Origin: an uncultured virus (IMG/VR IMGVR_UViG_3300042400_001601)
Taxonomy: Duplodnaviria; Heunggongvirae; Uroviricota; Caudoviricetes
Strand: one strand, 5' to 3'
Length of the DNA: 63,170 nt
IMG/VR virus record: IMGVR_UViG_3300042400_001601
A program made the position numbers and the translations under genes. Every line of letters starts with the position of its first letter. Position 1 is the stretch's first letter. Positions 1 through 6,913 of the stretch are shown piece after piece. The notes below the pieces were generated by a model, which made no database searches, was not told the origin of the DNA, and worked only from the letters and a program-made list of their open reading frames with translations.

Positions 1-29
1 TTTGGCGTCACTATCGCCATTGGTAATTT

Positions 30-117
30 GGAAGGATGGCTGAGCGGCCTATAGCAGAAGTTTACTAAACTTCCGAAGAGCAATCTTCCGGGGGTTCGAA
101 TCCCTCTCCTTCCGCCA
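30..117 (+). tRNA. tRNA-Ser (anticodon ACT)
   Basis: Acceptor GGAAGGA/TCCTTCC, G73, CCA; anticodon arm GAAGT-TTACTAA-ACTTC; long variable arm; GTTCGAATC T-loop. Confidence 0.9.
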
Positions 118-119
118 TC

Positions 120-196
120 GCGCCAGTGTCGTTGAAAGGCTAAACTACTGTTTGCAAAACAGTTACATGCAGGTTCGATTCCTGTCTGGCGCTCCA
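120..196 (+). tRNA. tRNA-Cys (GCA)
   Basis: GCGCCAG/CTGGCGC, U73, CCA; ACTGT-TTGCAAA-ACAGT. Confidence 0.93.
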
Positions 197-201
197 TTTA
201 T

Positions 202-278
202 GGCGATTGTAGCTCAATGGTCAGAGTATTCGATTGTGATTCGAAGGGTTGCGAGTTCGAGTCTCGTCAGTCGCCCCA
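202..278 (+). tRNA. tRNA-His (GTG), encoded G-1
   Basis: GGCGATTG/CAGTCGCC 8-bp acceptor, CCA; TTCGA-TTGTGAT-TCGAA. Confidence 0.93.
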
Positions 279-316
279 AATATTTGATTTAGAACGTATC
301 TAAACTAAATTTTAAT

Positions 317-991
317 ATGAGTTTAGTTTTTGAAAAAATACTACCTTTAGTTAATAAAATTACCGAAAAATTTAATTTGGTATCATATGAAATTACAGAA
401 GAAGGTATTAAGGATTACGACTGGTATAATAAAATTTTTTATTCTTTTAACAAATTTAGAAGAGCTCATATAGAAGTTCTAGATCGTAGAGAACAAAACA
501 ATATGTGGATAATGCATACCACCGTTTTTCCGCATTTAGATGATGATGCGCCTATATTTGGTTTCGATATAATTTGTACAGGTAATAAGGTGTCTGGAGT
601 GTTTCATGATCTATCTATTACAACTAACCCTAACCATCCATTACAGGTAAACTTTAAAAAACTAGTTAGTAATTTAACTTGGAAAAGAGAAAGAGAATTA
701 CCCGAATGGGGCAAAGCAATTTTTTCGGAAGATATGATCGCCGCAGGTGGAAGTAATACTGAACAAGAACTACAGCAAATAGTGGATGTCTGTTTAGAAA
801 GCTTAGATGTTTATTTGAGAAACATAGGAGCTACAAATTTTCCAAGTCCAATTTCATCCAAAGAAATGCAGAATAGATATTGCAAGTATCAAAAGATGAA
901 TCCATACCCAGTTAAGATGTTAACTAATTTTGGATTGACAGAAGAGCAGGCTCGTCAGTTTGTTGAAAAACATCTCTTTCCTGAAGTTTAA
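317..991 (+). CDS. Ferredoxin-dependent bilin reductase (PcyA/PcyX-like)
   Basis: Motifs RRAHIE, MHTTVFP, PIFGFDII, FHDLS, RELPEWGKAIFS, QNRYCKYQKMNP typical of the PcyA-type FDBR family. Confidence 0.88.
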   Translation: MSLVFEKILPLVNKITEKFNLVSYEITEEGIKDYDWYNKIFYSFNKFRRAHIEVLDRREQNNMWIMHTTVFPHLDDDAPIFGFDIICTGNKVSGVFHDLSITTNPNHPLQVNFKKLVSNLTWKRERELPEWGKAIFSEDMIAAGGSNTEQELQQIVDVCLESLDVYLRNIGATNFPSPISSKEMQNRYCKYQKMNPYPVKMLTNFGLTEEQARQFVEKHLFPEV

Positions 992-1014
992 TCCTTTTTT
1001 CTGTAAATATTGCT

Positions 1015-1620
1015 ATGAAATATATAGCAATATTTTTTGCATTATTACTAACTAGTTTTGCACAAAATTTAAAAGTATCTACTAAGACTACAAACTACAC
1101 TCTAACCACTAATGACACTAACACTCTTATTGCATTTATGAGTGTTAATGCCCCCTTAGTGAGAATGACTGTACCTTCAGAAACGTCTTCAAGAAATACC
1201 TTTCCTACCGGGGCTAGAATATACGGTACATCTTTAACAAACTCGATAGTTCACATAACCGGTTCATCAGGCGTGACAATTATAAGTCCTGAAAACTCAT
1301 TTCGTAGTAAAAACTATGGTTCAAGATGGGAGCTTATAAAATTATCAAAGAATATGTGGTTACTTGAAGGAGATTTATATTCCTTAGAAATGAATGCTTT
1401 TATTGGAGATGATGTAGTAATAAAAGCAGTTGTTGATGCCGATGCTACAGGTCCTTTCATTTATAAGTGGTATAAAAATGGAGTACTAATACCGGATGCT
1501 ACTTTTGCTAGTTTAAAACTTAATAATATAGACCTTTCAACTTCTGGAAAGTATTATGCCATAGTAAGTAATAGAGCAGGTTCTTACACGGGAGAAACGA
1601 CTACTTTAATAGTTAGATAA
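1015..1620 (+). CDS. Secreted protein: signal peptide, phage fibre-tip-like beta domain and C-terminal Ig domain
   Basis: Hydrophobic N-terminus; GVTII...W.L.GDL domain resembling the C-terminus of the 45108..55223 protein; Ig motif YKWYKNG...SGKYYAIVSNRAGS. Confidence 0.7.
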   Translation: MKYIAIFFALLLTSFAQNLKVSTKTTNYTLTTNDTNTLIAFMSVNAPLVRMTVPSETSSRNTFPTGARIYGTSLTNSIVHITGSSGVTIISPENSFRSKNYGSRWELIKLSKNMWLLEGDLYSLEMNAFIGDDVVIKAVVDADATGPFIYKWYKNGVLIPDATFASLKLNNIDLSTSGKYYAIVSNRAGSYTGETTTLIVR

Positions 1621-1638
1621 CTGCATAAGTATATTAGT

Positions 1639-1995
1639 ATGAAAAAACTAATATCTGCTATATTCGCAAGTATTGTATTGACCTCTGCAGTAGTAGCGCA
1701 AGTCGCGCCCGTACCTAACCCAGATGTCTCAGAGACAGTACTAACAAATACAAAAGTTACTTTGACAGCCACTGCTGATGGTACAGCCCCAATTACATAT
1801 GCTTGGTTCAAGGGTACTACCCAAGTAGCAACAGGCTCTACTCTAGTTTTTAATAGTATTCAAACTGCCGATGCAGGGGTATACAAGGCTGTAGCTACTA
1901 ACCCAGGCGGTTCAACTGATAGTAATCTCGCAACGCTTGTTGTTATTACCCCAGTTGCTCCTTTCAATGTAAAGATTACTATTACTAAGGGTTAA
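1639..1995 (+). CDS. Secreted single immunoglobulin (I-set-like) domain protein
   Basis: Signal peptide; GTAPITYAWFKG...DAGVYKAVATNPGGS...ATLVV Ig signature. Confidence 0.8.
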   Translation: MKKLISAIFASIVLTSAVVAQVAPVPNPDVSETVLTNTKVTLTATADGTAPITYAWFKGTTQVATGSTLVFNSIQTADAGVYKAVATNPGGSTDSNLATLVVITPVAPFNVKITITKG

Positions 1996-2002
1996 TTTTT
2001 TT

Positions 2003-2077
2003 ACGGACGTGGTATAGTGGTCGTGCAGCAGCCTCCAAACCTGCCCTAAGAGAGTTCGATTCTCTCCGTCCGTGCCA
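2003..2077 (+). tRNA. tRNA-Trp (CCA)
   Basis: ACGGACG/CGTCCGT, G73, CCA; loop CTCCAAA. Confidence 0.88.
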
Positions 2078-2081
2078 CTTT

Positions 2082-2402
2082 ATGAGATTTATAGCTATAT
2101 TTCTCTTTGCTTCAATAGCTTACTGTTCTGATACAATTACGTTTTCGTCGTATCAGGCCCCTAAGCTATACAATTATAGTTATTCCTATAGTAAGGATAG
2201 AGACGATGATAGACACTATAGTAAGGATAGAGACGATGATAGACACTATAGTTGGGATAGAAAATATAGCTATAAAGATGATAAGTATGAATATGGTCAT
2301 CCTTCTATTCCTGAGCCTTCTACTTGGACTTTACTTGCTGGCGTGTGCGCCTTGTCGGCAGCATTTATTAAACGGCGTAAAACGCTTACTAGTAAACCCT
2401 AA
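2082..2402 (+). CDS. Small PEP-CTERM sorting-domain surface protein
   Basis: Signal peptide; C-terminal IPEPSTWTLLAGVCALSAAFIKRRK (PEP motif, TM helix, basic tail). Confidence 0.82.
   Translation: MRFIAIFLFASIAYCSDTITFSSYQAPKLYNYSYSYSKDRDDDRHYSKDRDDDRHYSWDRKYSYKDDKYEYGHPSIPEPSTWTLLAGVCALSAAFIKRRKTLTSKP
2186..2252 (+). repeat. 30-bp in-frame tandem repeat (YSKDRDDDRH x2 plus partial)
   Basis: CTATAGTAAGGATAGAGACGATGATAGACA repeated exactly twice. Confidence 0.95.
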
Positions 2403-2631
2403 ATGTTTACTCGCGATAGCAATAACTATACTAGTTACTATAGTAGCGGTTTTTACAGTTAGCGGTAAGAAAGAGATTGGGGTATTTAACAGAGAAATCA
2501 AATGCCCTAATGCCGTTAAGAATGAATATGGTATCTTTTTAGCAAGTGGAGACTGCAAATGTTCAGAATGCTCGCCTAAAACAACTCCACCCACTCCTTT
2601 GAATGCGCCAGTTGTAAGCGATTCAAAATAA
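2206..2631 (+). CDS. Possible small membrane protein with Cys-rich C-terminus; true start uncertain, probably near 2390
   Basis: The 3' part fills the gap between the PEP-CTERM gene and tRNA-Asp; TM segment plus CxCxxC; the 5' part overlaps the preceding gene. Confidence 0.35.
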   Translation: MIDTIVRIETMIDTIVGIENIAIKMISMNMVILLFLSLLLGLYLLACAPCRQHLLNGVKRLLVNPKCLLAIAITILVTIVAVFTVSGKKEIGVFNREIKCPNAVKNEYGIFLASGDCKCSECSPKTTPPTPLNAPVVSDSK

Positions 2632-2634
2632 TCT

Positions 2635-2712
2635 GGGGTGGTAGCTCAATTGGTTAGTAGCGACAGCCTGTCACGCTGTAGGCTGCGGGTTCGAGTCCCG
2701 TCCATCCCGCCA
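2635..2712 (+). tRNA. tRNA-Asp (GTC)
   Basis: GGGGTGG/CCATCCC, G73, CCA; ACAGC-CTGTCAC-GCTGT. Confidence 0.93.
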
Positions 2713-2718
2713 TTTTTT

Positions 2719-2793
2719 TGCCCAGTAGCTCAGTGGCAGAGCATGCGACTGTTAATCGCGTGGTCGTTGGTTCGATCCCAACTTGGGCAGCCA
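2719..2793 (+). tRNA. tRNA-Asn (GTT)
   Basis: TGCCCAG/TTGGGCA, G73, CCA; loop CTGTTAA. Confidence 0.93.
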
Positions 2794-2834
2794 TTTTAGT
2801 GGAAAATAGTGTAAGTATGAGTATATTATAGTCT

Positions 2835-2911
2835 CGGCCGTTAGCACAGCCTGGTAGTGCGTTCGCCTTGGGCGCGAAAGGTCGCAAGTTCGAGTCTTGC
2901 ACGGCCGACCA
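2835..2911 (+). tRNA. tRNA-Pro (TGG)
   Basis: CGGCCGT/ACGGCCG, CCA; TTCGC-CTTGGGC-GCGAA. Confidence 0.93.
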
Positions 2912-2917
2912 TTTTAT

Positions 2918-2991
2918 TGACTCGTGGTGTAACGGTAGCACAAGAGACTTTGACTCTCTTTGTTGGGGTTCGAATCCCTACGAGTCAGCCA
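2918..2991 (+). tRNA. tRNA-Gln (TTG)
   Basis: TGACTCG/CGAGTCA, G73, CCA; AGAGA-CTTTGAC-TCTCT. Confidence 0.93.
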
Positions 2992-3025
2992 TTTGAAAAA
3001 TAAGTCTTTTTTGGTAAATGTTAGT

Positions 3026-3586
3026 ATGGAGCATTTTCATTATAAAATACCCGGCTGGTTTACATTTCCTAAATTGTATTCCACTATGGTTGATAGATCT
3101 TTTTCAGGCTCTCATTTTGTAGAGGTTGGTACTTGGCAAGGCTCATCTGCTGCTTACATGGCTGTAGAAATTATTAACTCCGGTAAAAACATTAAATTTG
3201 ATTGTATTGACATATGGGGTCGTTATTCAATTGACGGGCTTAATACTAAAACCCCTGAGCTTTTACCGGATAATACCGTAGAACAACTTTTCTTAAAAAA
3301 TATAGAACCAGTTAAACATATAATCAATCCAATAAAAACTCCATCTACTGAAGGGGCTAAGCTTTATAAAAATGAGTCTTTGGATTTTGTTTTTATTGAT
3401 GCTAACCATGTTTATGAAGCTGTAAAAGACGATCTACATGCATGGTATAATAAAGTTAAACCGGGCGGGTTTATTGCTGGTCATGACTATTATAATGATG
3501 CAGGTGTAAAGCGAGCTGTTGATGAATTTTTTAAAGATAAAAATTTGTACTTAGGAGAAGGCTGCTGGTTATATTTTAAACAATGA
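3026..3586 (+). CDS. Class I SAM-dependent methyltransferase (Methyltransf_24-like)
   Basis: VEVGTWQGSS, LDFVFIDANH.YE, KVKPGGFIAGHDY; start moved to ATG 3026 because the longer ORF overlaps tRNA-Gln. Confidence 0.88.
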   Translation: MEHFHYKIPGWFTFPKLYSTMVDRSFSGSHFVEVGTWQGSSAAYMAVEIINSGKNIKFDCIDIWGRYSIDGLNTKTPELLPDNTVEQLFLKNIEPVKHIINPIKTPSTEGAKLYKNESLDFVFIDANHVYEAVKDDLHAWYNKVKPGGFIAGHDYYNDAGVKRAVDEFFKDKNLYLGEGCWLYFKQ

Positions 3587-4242
3587 AATACGAGCATTTA
3601 AAACAGCAAGACGATTTTGTTTACACTGAAATTTTTGATTGGAATGTTTATCAAGCGCTGCCTGATGAAATATATAATCAGAATATTTTAGATATAGGGG
3701 GTCATTATGGAATGTTTAGTTTATTCTGCAATGAATATAATCCTAAACAAATTATCACAGTTGAAGCCAGCCCTATTAATTTTATTAAATTACTTAACAA
3801 CACAAAAAATATACGTAATTTAAAAGCGATTAATGCTGCTGTTACAGTTAAAACTGGAGATTTTATTACTATTAGTAATGATGGATGCCAATCTCAAATT
3901 AATAAAGGCAACACTAACGTTAGTACGGTCTCATTAGTTGACGTAGTAAACTGGTTTCCTGATAATGAAGATATAGTGCTAAAGATGGATATCGAAGGAG
4001 CAGAGTATCCTTTATTTTTTAATAGTCCTTCGTTTATTTTCAGACGTTTCAATAAAATTTATATTGAATTACATGAAGAAAGTATTGCGGGCCCGGGTAA
4101 TTCTATTAAAAGACTCGACTCGTTTATACAAAAAGAGTTAAAATTTAAATCTGTTTGGGAAGGGCGATTTTTTACTAATACAGATACCGGTAAACAGTCT
4201 AATAATGATATAGCTGTATTTAAATACGAACGAGCTTTATAA
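3583..4242 (+). CDS. FkbM-family methyltransferase
   Basis: ILDIGGHYGMFS, VEASP.N, LKMDIEGAEY, IYIELH. Confidence 0.88.
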   Translation: MKYEHLKQQDDFVYTEIFDWNVYQALPDEIYNQNILDIGGHYGMFSLFCNEYNPKQIITVEASPINFIKLLNNTKNIRNLKAINAAVTVKTGDFITISNDGCQSQINKGNTNVSTVSLVDVVNWFPDNEDIVLKMDIEGAEYPLFFNSPSFIFRRFNKIYIELHEESIAGPGNSIKRLDSFIQKELKFKSVWEGRFFTNTDTGKQSNNDIAVFKYERAL

Positions 4243-4245
4243 ATT

Positions 4246-4860
4246 ATGAATCCTTTGCTGTCTATTTTAGTTTGTACTATTAATAAACGAGCTTCTTTAT
4301 TTGAGCGGTTAGATAAAAAAATTAGAAACCAGCTAACAATAGAAACCGAGTATTTAGTTAATTTAGATGACGGTAAATTGTCAATAGGAAATAAAAGAGA
4401 AGAATTAAAATTACAATCGACTGGTAAATATATAGTATATATAGATGATGATGATCATATAAGCAAAAATTATGTAAAAAATATACTTTCTGTTATTAAA
4501 GGTCATGAGCCAGATGCAATAGGCATAAAATGCATATACACTGTAAATTTTAAACAAAAATCTTATTTTGTATCGACTAATAATACATCTGAATTAACTA
4601 CTAAAGGTGTACATTGTAGACCTATAGGGCATTTAAACCCGGTAAAACGAGAAATAGCTATAAAAGCACCATTTCCAGATCTTTATTATGGAGAAGATAG
4701 AAAATATTCTAATGAAATAAAACCTCATATAAAAACAGAAGTTTTAGCGAAAAACACTCTTTATTGGTATGACTATAGGCCGAATAGTTCAGAGTCTATA
4801 AAAAAAGATATTGAAGTAAAAAGTTTAGGGCTAAAGTTAATTGAAAACAATATTATATAG
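4246..4860 (+). CDS. Glycosyltransferase family 2
   Basis: LSILVCT, SIGNKR, GKYIVYIDDDD, GED motifs. Confidence 0.85.
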   Translation: MNPLLSILVCTINKRASLFERLDKKIRNQLTIETEYLVNLDDGKLSIGNKREELKLQSTGKYIVYIDDDDHISKNYVKNILSVIKGHEPDAIGIKCIYTVNFKQKSYFVSTNNTSELTTKGVHCRPIGHLNPVKREIAIKAPFPDLYYGEDRKYSNEIKPHIKTEVLAKNTLYWYDYRPNSSESIKKDIEVKSLGLKLIENNII

Positions 4861-4865
4861 TTTAC

Positions 4866-4940
4866 GCGTGAGTAGCTCAATGGTAGAGCACCTCGTTGCC
4901 AACGAGGATGTTGCAGGTTCGAGTCCTGTCTCACGCACCA
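4866..4940 (+). tRNA. tRNA-Gly (GCC)
   Basis: GCGTGAG/CTCACGC, CCA; CCTCG-TTGCCAA-CGAGG. Confidence 0.93.
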
Positions 4941-4950
4941 TTTTAAAAAT

Positions 4951-5646
4951 ATGCTTTATACAGTAATAATACCTACATACAATAAAATTGATAATTTAAA
5001 ATATTGTATAGAGAGTATACAACAATATACCTCTTTAAATGATATTGAAATTATTGTAATTTCTAACGGGTGTAAAGACGGCACAGTAGAGTACATGCAA
5101 AAACTAGAAGGGCCATTTAAAATTGTACATTGGCCTGAGCCGTTAGGGTATATTAATAGTGTTAATATAGGGATAAGTCTTAGTAAGGGAAATTATATAG
5201 TTTTATTAAATAATGACACCATTCTAAATGGTAAAGGCTGGTTATCATATTTAATAGATCCTTTTAATCAAATTTCAACCGCAGGCATTACTGGGCCATA
5301 TAAAGGATATTGGAATAAGTACCCGTGGTTAATGTTTTTTTGTGTAGCAATAAAAAGAGATGTATTTAAAAAAATCGGTTTGTTAGATATTAATTTTCAC
5401 CCAGGCTACGGAGAAGATGTAGATTTTTGTATACGAGCTGGAAAAGCCGGGTTCACTATCCATCAAGTACCTGAACAGCGGCTAACACAAGATAAAAATA
5501 TTAGTACATTAAAACATGGTAAATTTCCTATTTACCATGCAAGTAATACGACTTTTAAAGACGATCCTTACTACAGTGATTATTTAACTAACTCTAAAGA
5601 ACTACTCACTAAAAAGTACGGGTTAAGATGCTCCGAAGTTAGCTAA
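4951..5646 (+). CDS. Glycosyltransferase family 2
   Basis: VIIPTYN, ISNGCKDGT, VLLNNDT, YGEDVDFCIRA. Confidence 0.9.
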   Translation: MLYTVIIPTYNKIDNLKYCIESIQQYTSLNDIEIIVISNGCKDGTVEYMQKLEGPFKIVHWPEPLGYINSVNIGISLSKGNYIVLLNNDTILNGKGWLSYLIDPFNQISTAGITGPYKGYWNKYPWLMFFCVAIKRDVFKKIGLLDINFHPGYGEDVDFCIRAGKAGFTIHQVPEQRLTQDKNISTLKHGKFPIYHASNTTFKDDPYYSDYLTNSKELLTKKYGLRCSEVS

Positions 5647-5681
5647 TTTACCTATTAAAGCACTATTATTTAAAATAAAGC

Positions 5682-5724
5682 TTGAGGTTTAAGATTAAAG
5701 TACTACTATATGTCTTGTTCTTTT
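5682..5724 (+). promoter_or_regulatory. sigma70-like promoter plus boxA-like element (copy 1)
   Basis: TTGAGG-N16-TACTAT preceded by GTAC, then TTGTTCTTTT; same layout at 6002 and 7438. Confidence 0.6.
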
Positions 5725-5743
5725 GATACTTAAACAATTTTTT

Positions 5744-5837
5744 GGTCCCATAGTGTAACTGGAAGCACCGACAGCCTTATAAACTGTGCGCACCTGATTA
5801 GTGCCGAGCGGGGGTTCGATTCCCTCTGGGACTACCA
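5744..5837 (+). tRNA. tRNA with TAT anticodon (nominal Ile) and long variable arm
   Basis: GGTCCCA/TGGGACT, A73, CCA; loop CTTATAA; V-arm GCAC-CTGATTA-GTGC; canonical T-arm. Confidence 0.8.
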
Positions 5838-5841
5838 TTTT

Positions 5842-5917
5842 GCGGTAGTAGCTCAATTGGTAGAGCGCCATCCTTCCAAGCTGGATGTTGCAGGTTCGAG
5901 CCCTGTCTACCGCACCA
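5842..5917 (+). tRNA. tRNA-Gly (TCC)
   Basis: GCGGTAG/CTACCGC, CCA; loop CTTCCAA. Confidence 0.92.
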
Positions 5918-5918
5918 T

Positions 5919-5993
5919 GCTCCCGTCGTTCAACGGATAGGACAACCGCCTTCTAAGCAGTTTATGGGGGTTCGATTCCCTCCGGGAGTGCCA
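5919..5993 (+). tRNA. tRNA-Arg (TCT)
   Basis: GCTCCCG/CGGGAGT, CCA; loop CTTCTAA. Confidence 0.92.
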
Positions 5994-6001
5994 TTTTTAT
6001 C

Positions 6002-6044
6002 TTGACTTTTGGTACAAAAGTACCATTATATATTTTGTTCTTTT
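6002..6044 (+). promoter_or_regulatory. sigma70-like promoter plus boxA-like element (copy 2)
   Basis: TTGACT-N16-CATTAT preceded by GTAC, then TTGTTCTTTT upstream of tRNA-Ala. Confidence 0.65.
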
Positions 6045-6050
6045 ATTGAC

Positions 6051-6126
6051 GGGCCTGTAGCACAATTGGCGGTGCGCCTCCTTTGCAAGGAGAGGGTTAG
6101 GGGTTCAAATCCCCTCTGGTCCACCA
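6051..6126 (+). tRNA. tRNA-Ala (TGC)
   Basis: G3:U70 pair, A73, CCA; loop TTTGCAA. Confidence 0.92.
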
Positions 6127-6141
6127 TTTTCGTACGAAAAA

Positions 6142-6203
6142 GCCACCAGTCTAATTAACTGTCCTACCAGCCGTGGCAATTCTCTATGGTAGGGAAGAGA
6201 CCA
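6142..6203 (+). ncRNA. Unidentified pseudoknotted/kissing-loop RNA ending in CCA
   Basis: Stems GCCAC/GTGGC, CAGT/ACTG, TCTCT/AGAGA and crossing TCCTACCA/TGGTAGGG; ends ACCA between two tRNAs. Confidence 0.45.
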
Positions 6204-6208
6204 TTTTC

Positions 6209-6284
6209 GCCTCTATAGCTCAACGGTTAGAGCTGCTGCCTTTTAAGCAGTAGGTTCAGAGTTCAAATCTCTGTGGAGGCACCA
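6209..6284 (+). tRNA. tRNA-Lys (TTT)
   Basis: GCCTCTA/TGGAGGC, CCA; loop CTTTTAA. Confidence 0.93.
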
Positions 6285-6305
6285 ATTTTCGTTCTTTAAT
6301 ATTTT

Positions 6306-6709
6306 GGGCGTGTTCTGGATTCTACTTAATAGTGGACTTATTAGAAGCAAGCAAGGTTGTTAGACCTTATAAAACTAGCAAAAAACATAAATGGCATTGT
6401 AAATAGCCTTAAGGGTGCTTTTGCTGCTCCGGTTGCTGCTCTCGCAGCATTCTTCAGCACAGAAGAACTCCAATTCGCAGCCTAAGAATTGCGATCGTTA
6501 TAGTATAGATTCTCGCTATATATTATAACGTTGACTAGCGAGGATGTTGTTTGAGGTACTTGGAATAAATAAAACAACATTAAAGCTGTTCCTAAAGTAC
6601 TATACATTGCGTATTAACAGTGTTAAGTACTTATATATTAATACTAAGCTTGTAGAAACTAGTCGGAAAAGTATTAGGCACGCGGGTTCGACTCCCGCCA
6701 CGTCCACCA
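6306..6709 (+). ncRNA. ssrA: tmRNA; tag frame 6393..6485 encodes GIVNSLKGAFAAPVAALAAFFSTEELQFAA*
   Basis: GGGCGTG...GGATTCTAC 5' end; 3' CGCGGGTTCGACTCCCGCCACGTCCACCA with G3:U70; ATAAAT before the resume codon; tag ends in AA*. Confidence 0.92.
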
Positions 6710-6719
6710 ATTTGTATAT

Positions 6720-6797
6720 AGGGTCATAGCTTAATTGGTTCAAAGCATCCGATTGATAATCGGAAGAGTCCTGGTTCAATTCCTGGTGGCCCTACCA
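6720..6797 (+). tRNA. tRNA-Ile (GAT)
   Basis: AGGGTCA/TGGCCCT, CCA; TCCGA-TTGATAA-TCGGA. Confidence 0.92.
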
Positions 6798-6798
6798 T

Positions 6799-6874
6799 AG
6801 GAGGGTGGATCGATAGGTAAGACAGGAGTTTCATAAGCTCTTTCATATGGGTTCAAATCCCATCCCTCCTACCA
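6799..6874 (+). tRNA. tRNA with CAT anticodon (elongator Met or Ile2)
   Basis: AGGAGGG/CCCTCCT, CCA; loop TTCATAA. Confidence 0.82.
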
Positions 6875-6913
6875 ATTTAATTGCATTTTATTTAGTAACT
6901 ATTAAGTTTAATT

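Noticed and set aside
1..29. ...ATCGCCA as the 3' end of another tRNA
   Set aside because: No T-arm visible and truncated by the window edge
56..72. CTA in the first tRNA's anticodon loop as an amber suppressor / recoded genome
   Set aside because: The 7-nt loop TTACTAA puts ACT at positions 34-36; TAG, TAA and TGA all end well-formed genes and ORFs are intact in code 11
2186..2252. 30-bp direct repeats as a mini-CRISPR
   Set aside because: No spacers; in-frame coding tandem duplication
2654..2941. 95-aa minus-strand ORF
   Set aside because: Antisense to four tRNA genes
6544..6729. 61-aa ORF
   Set aside because: Lies within the tmRNA and runs into tRNA-Ile
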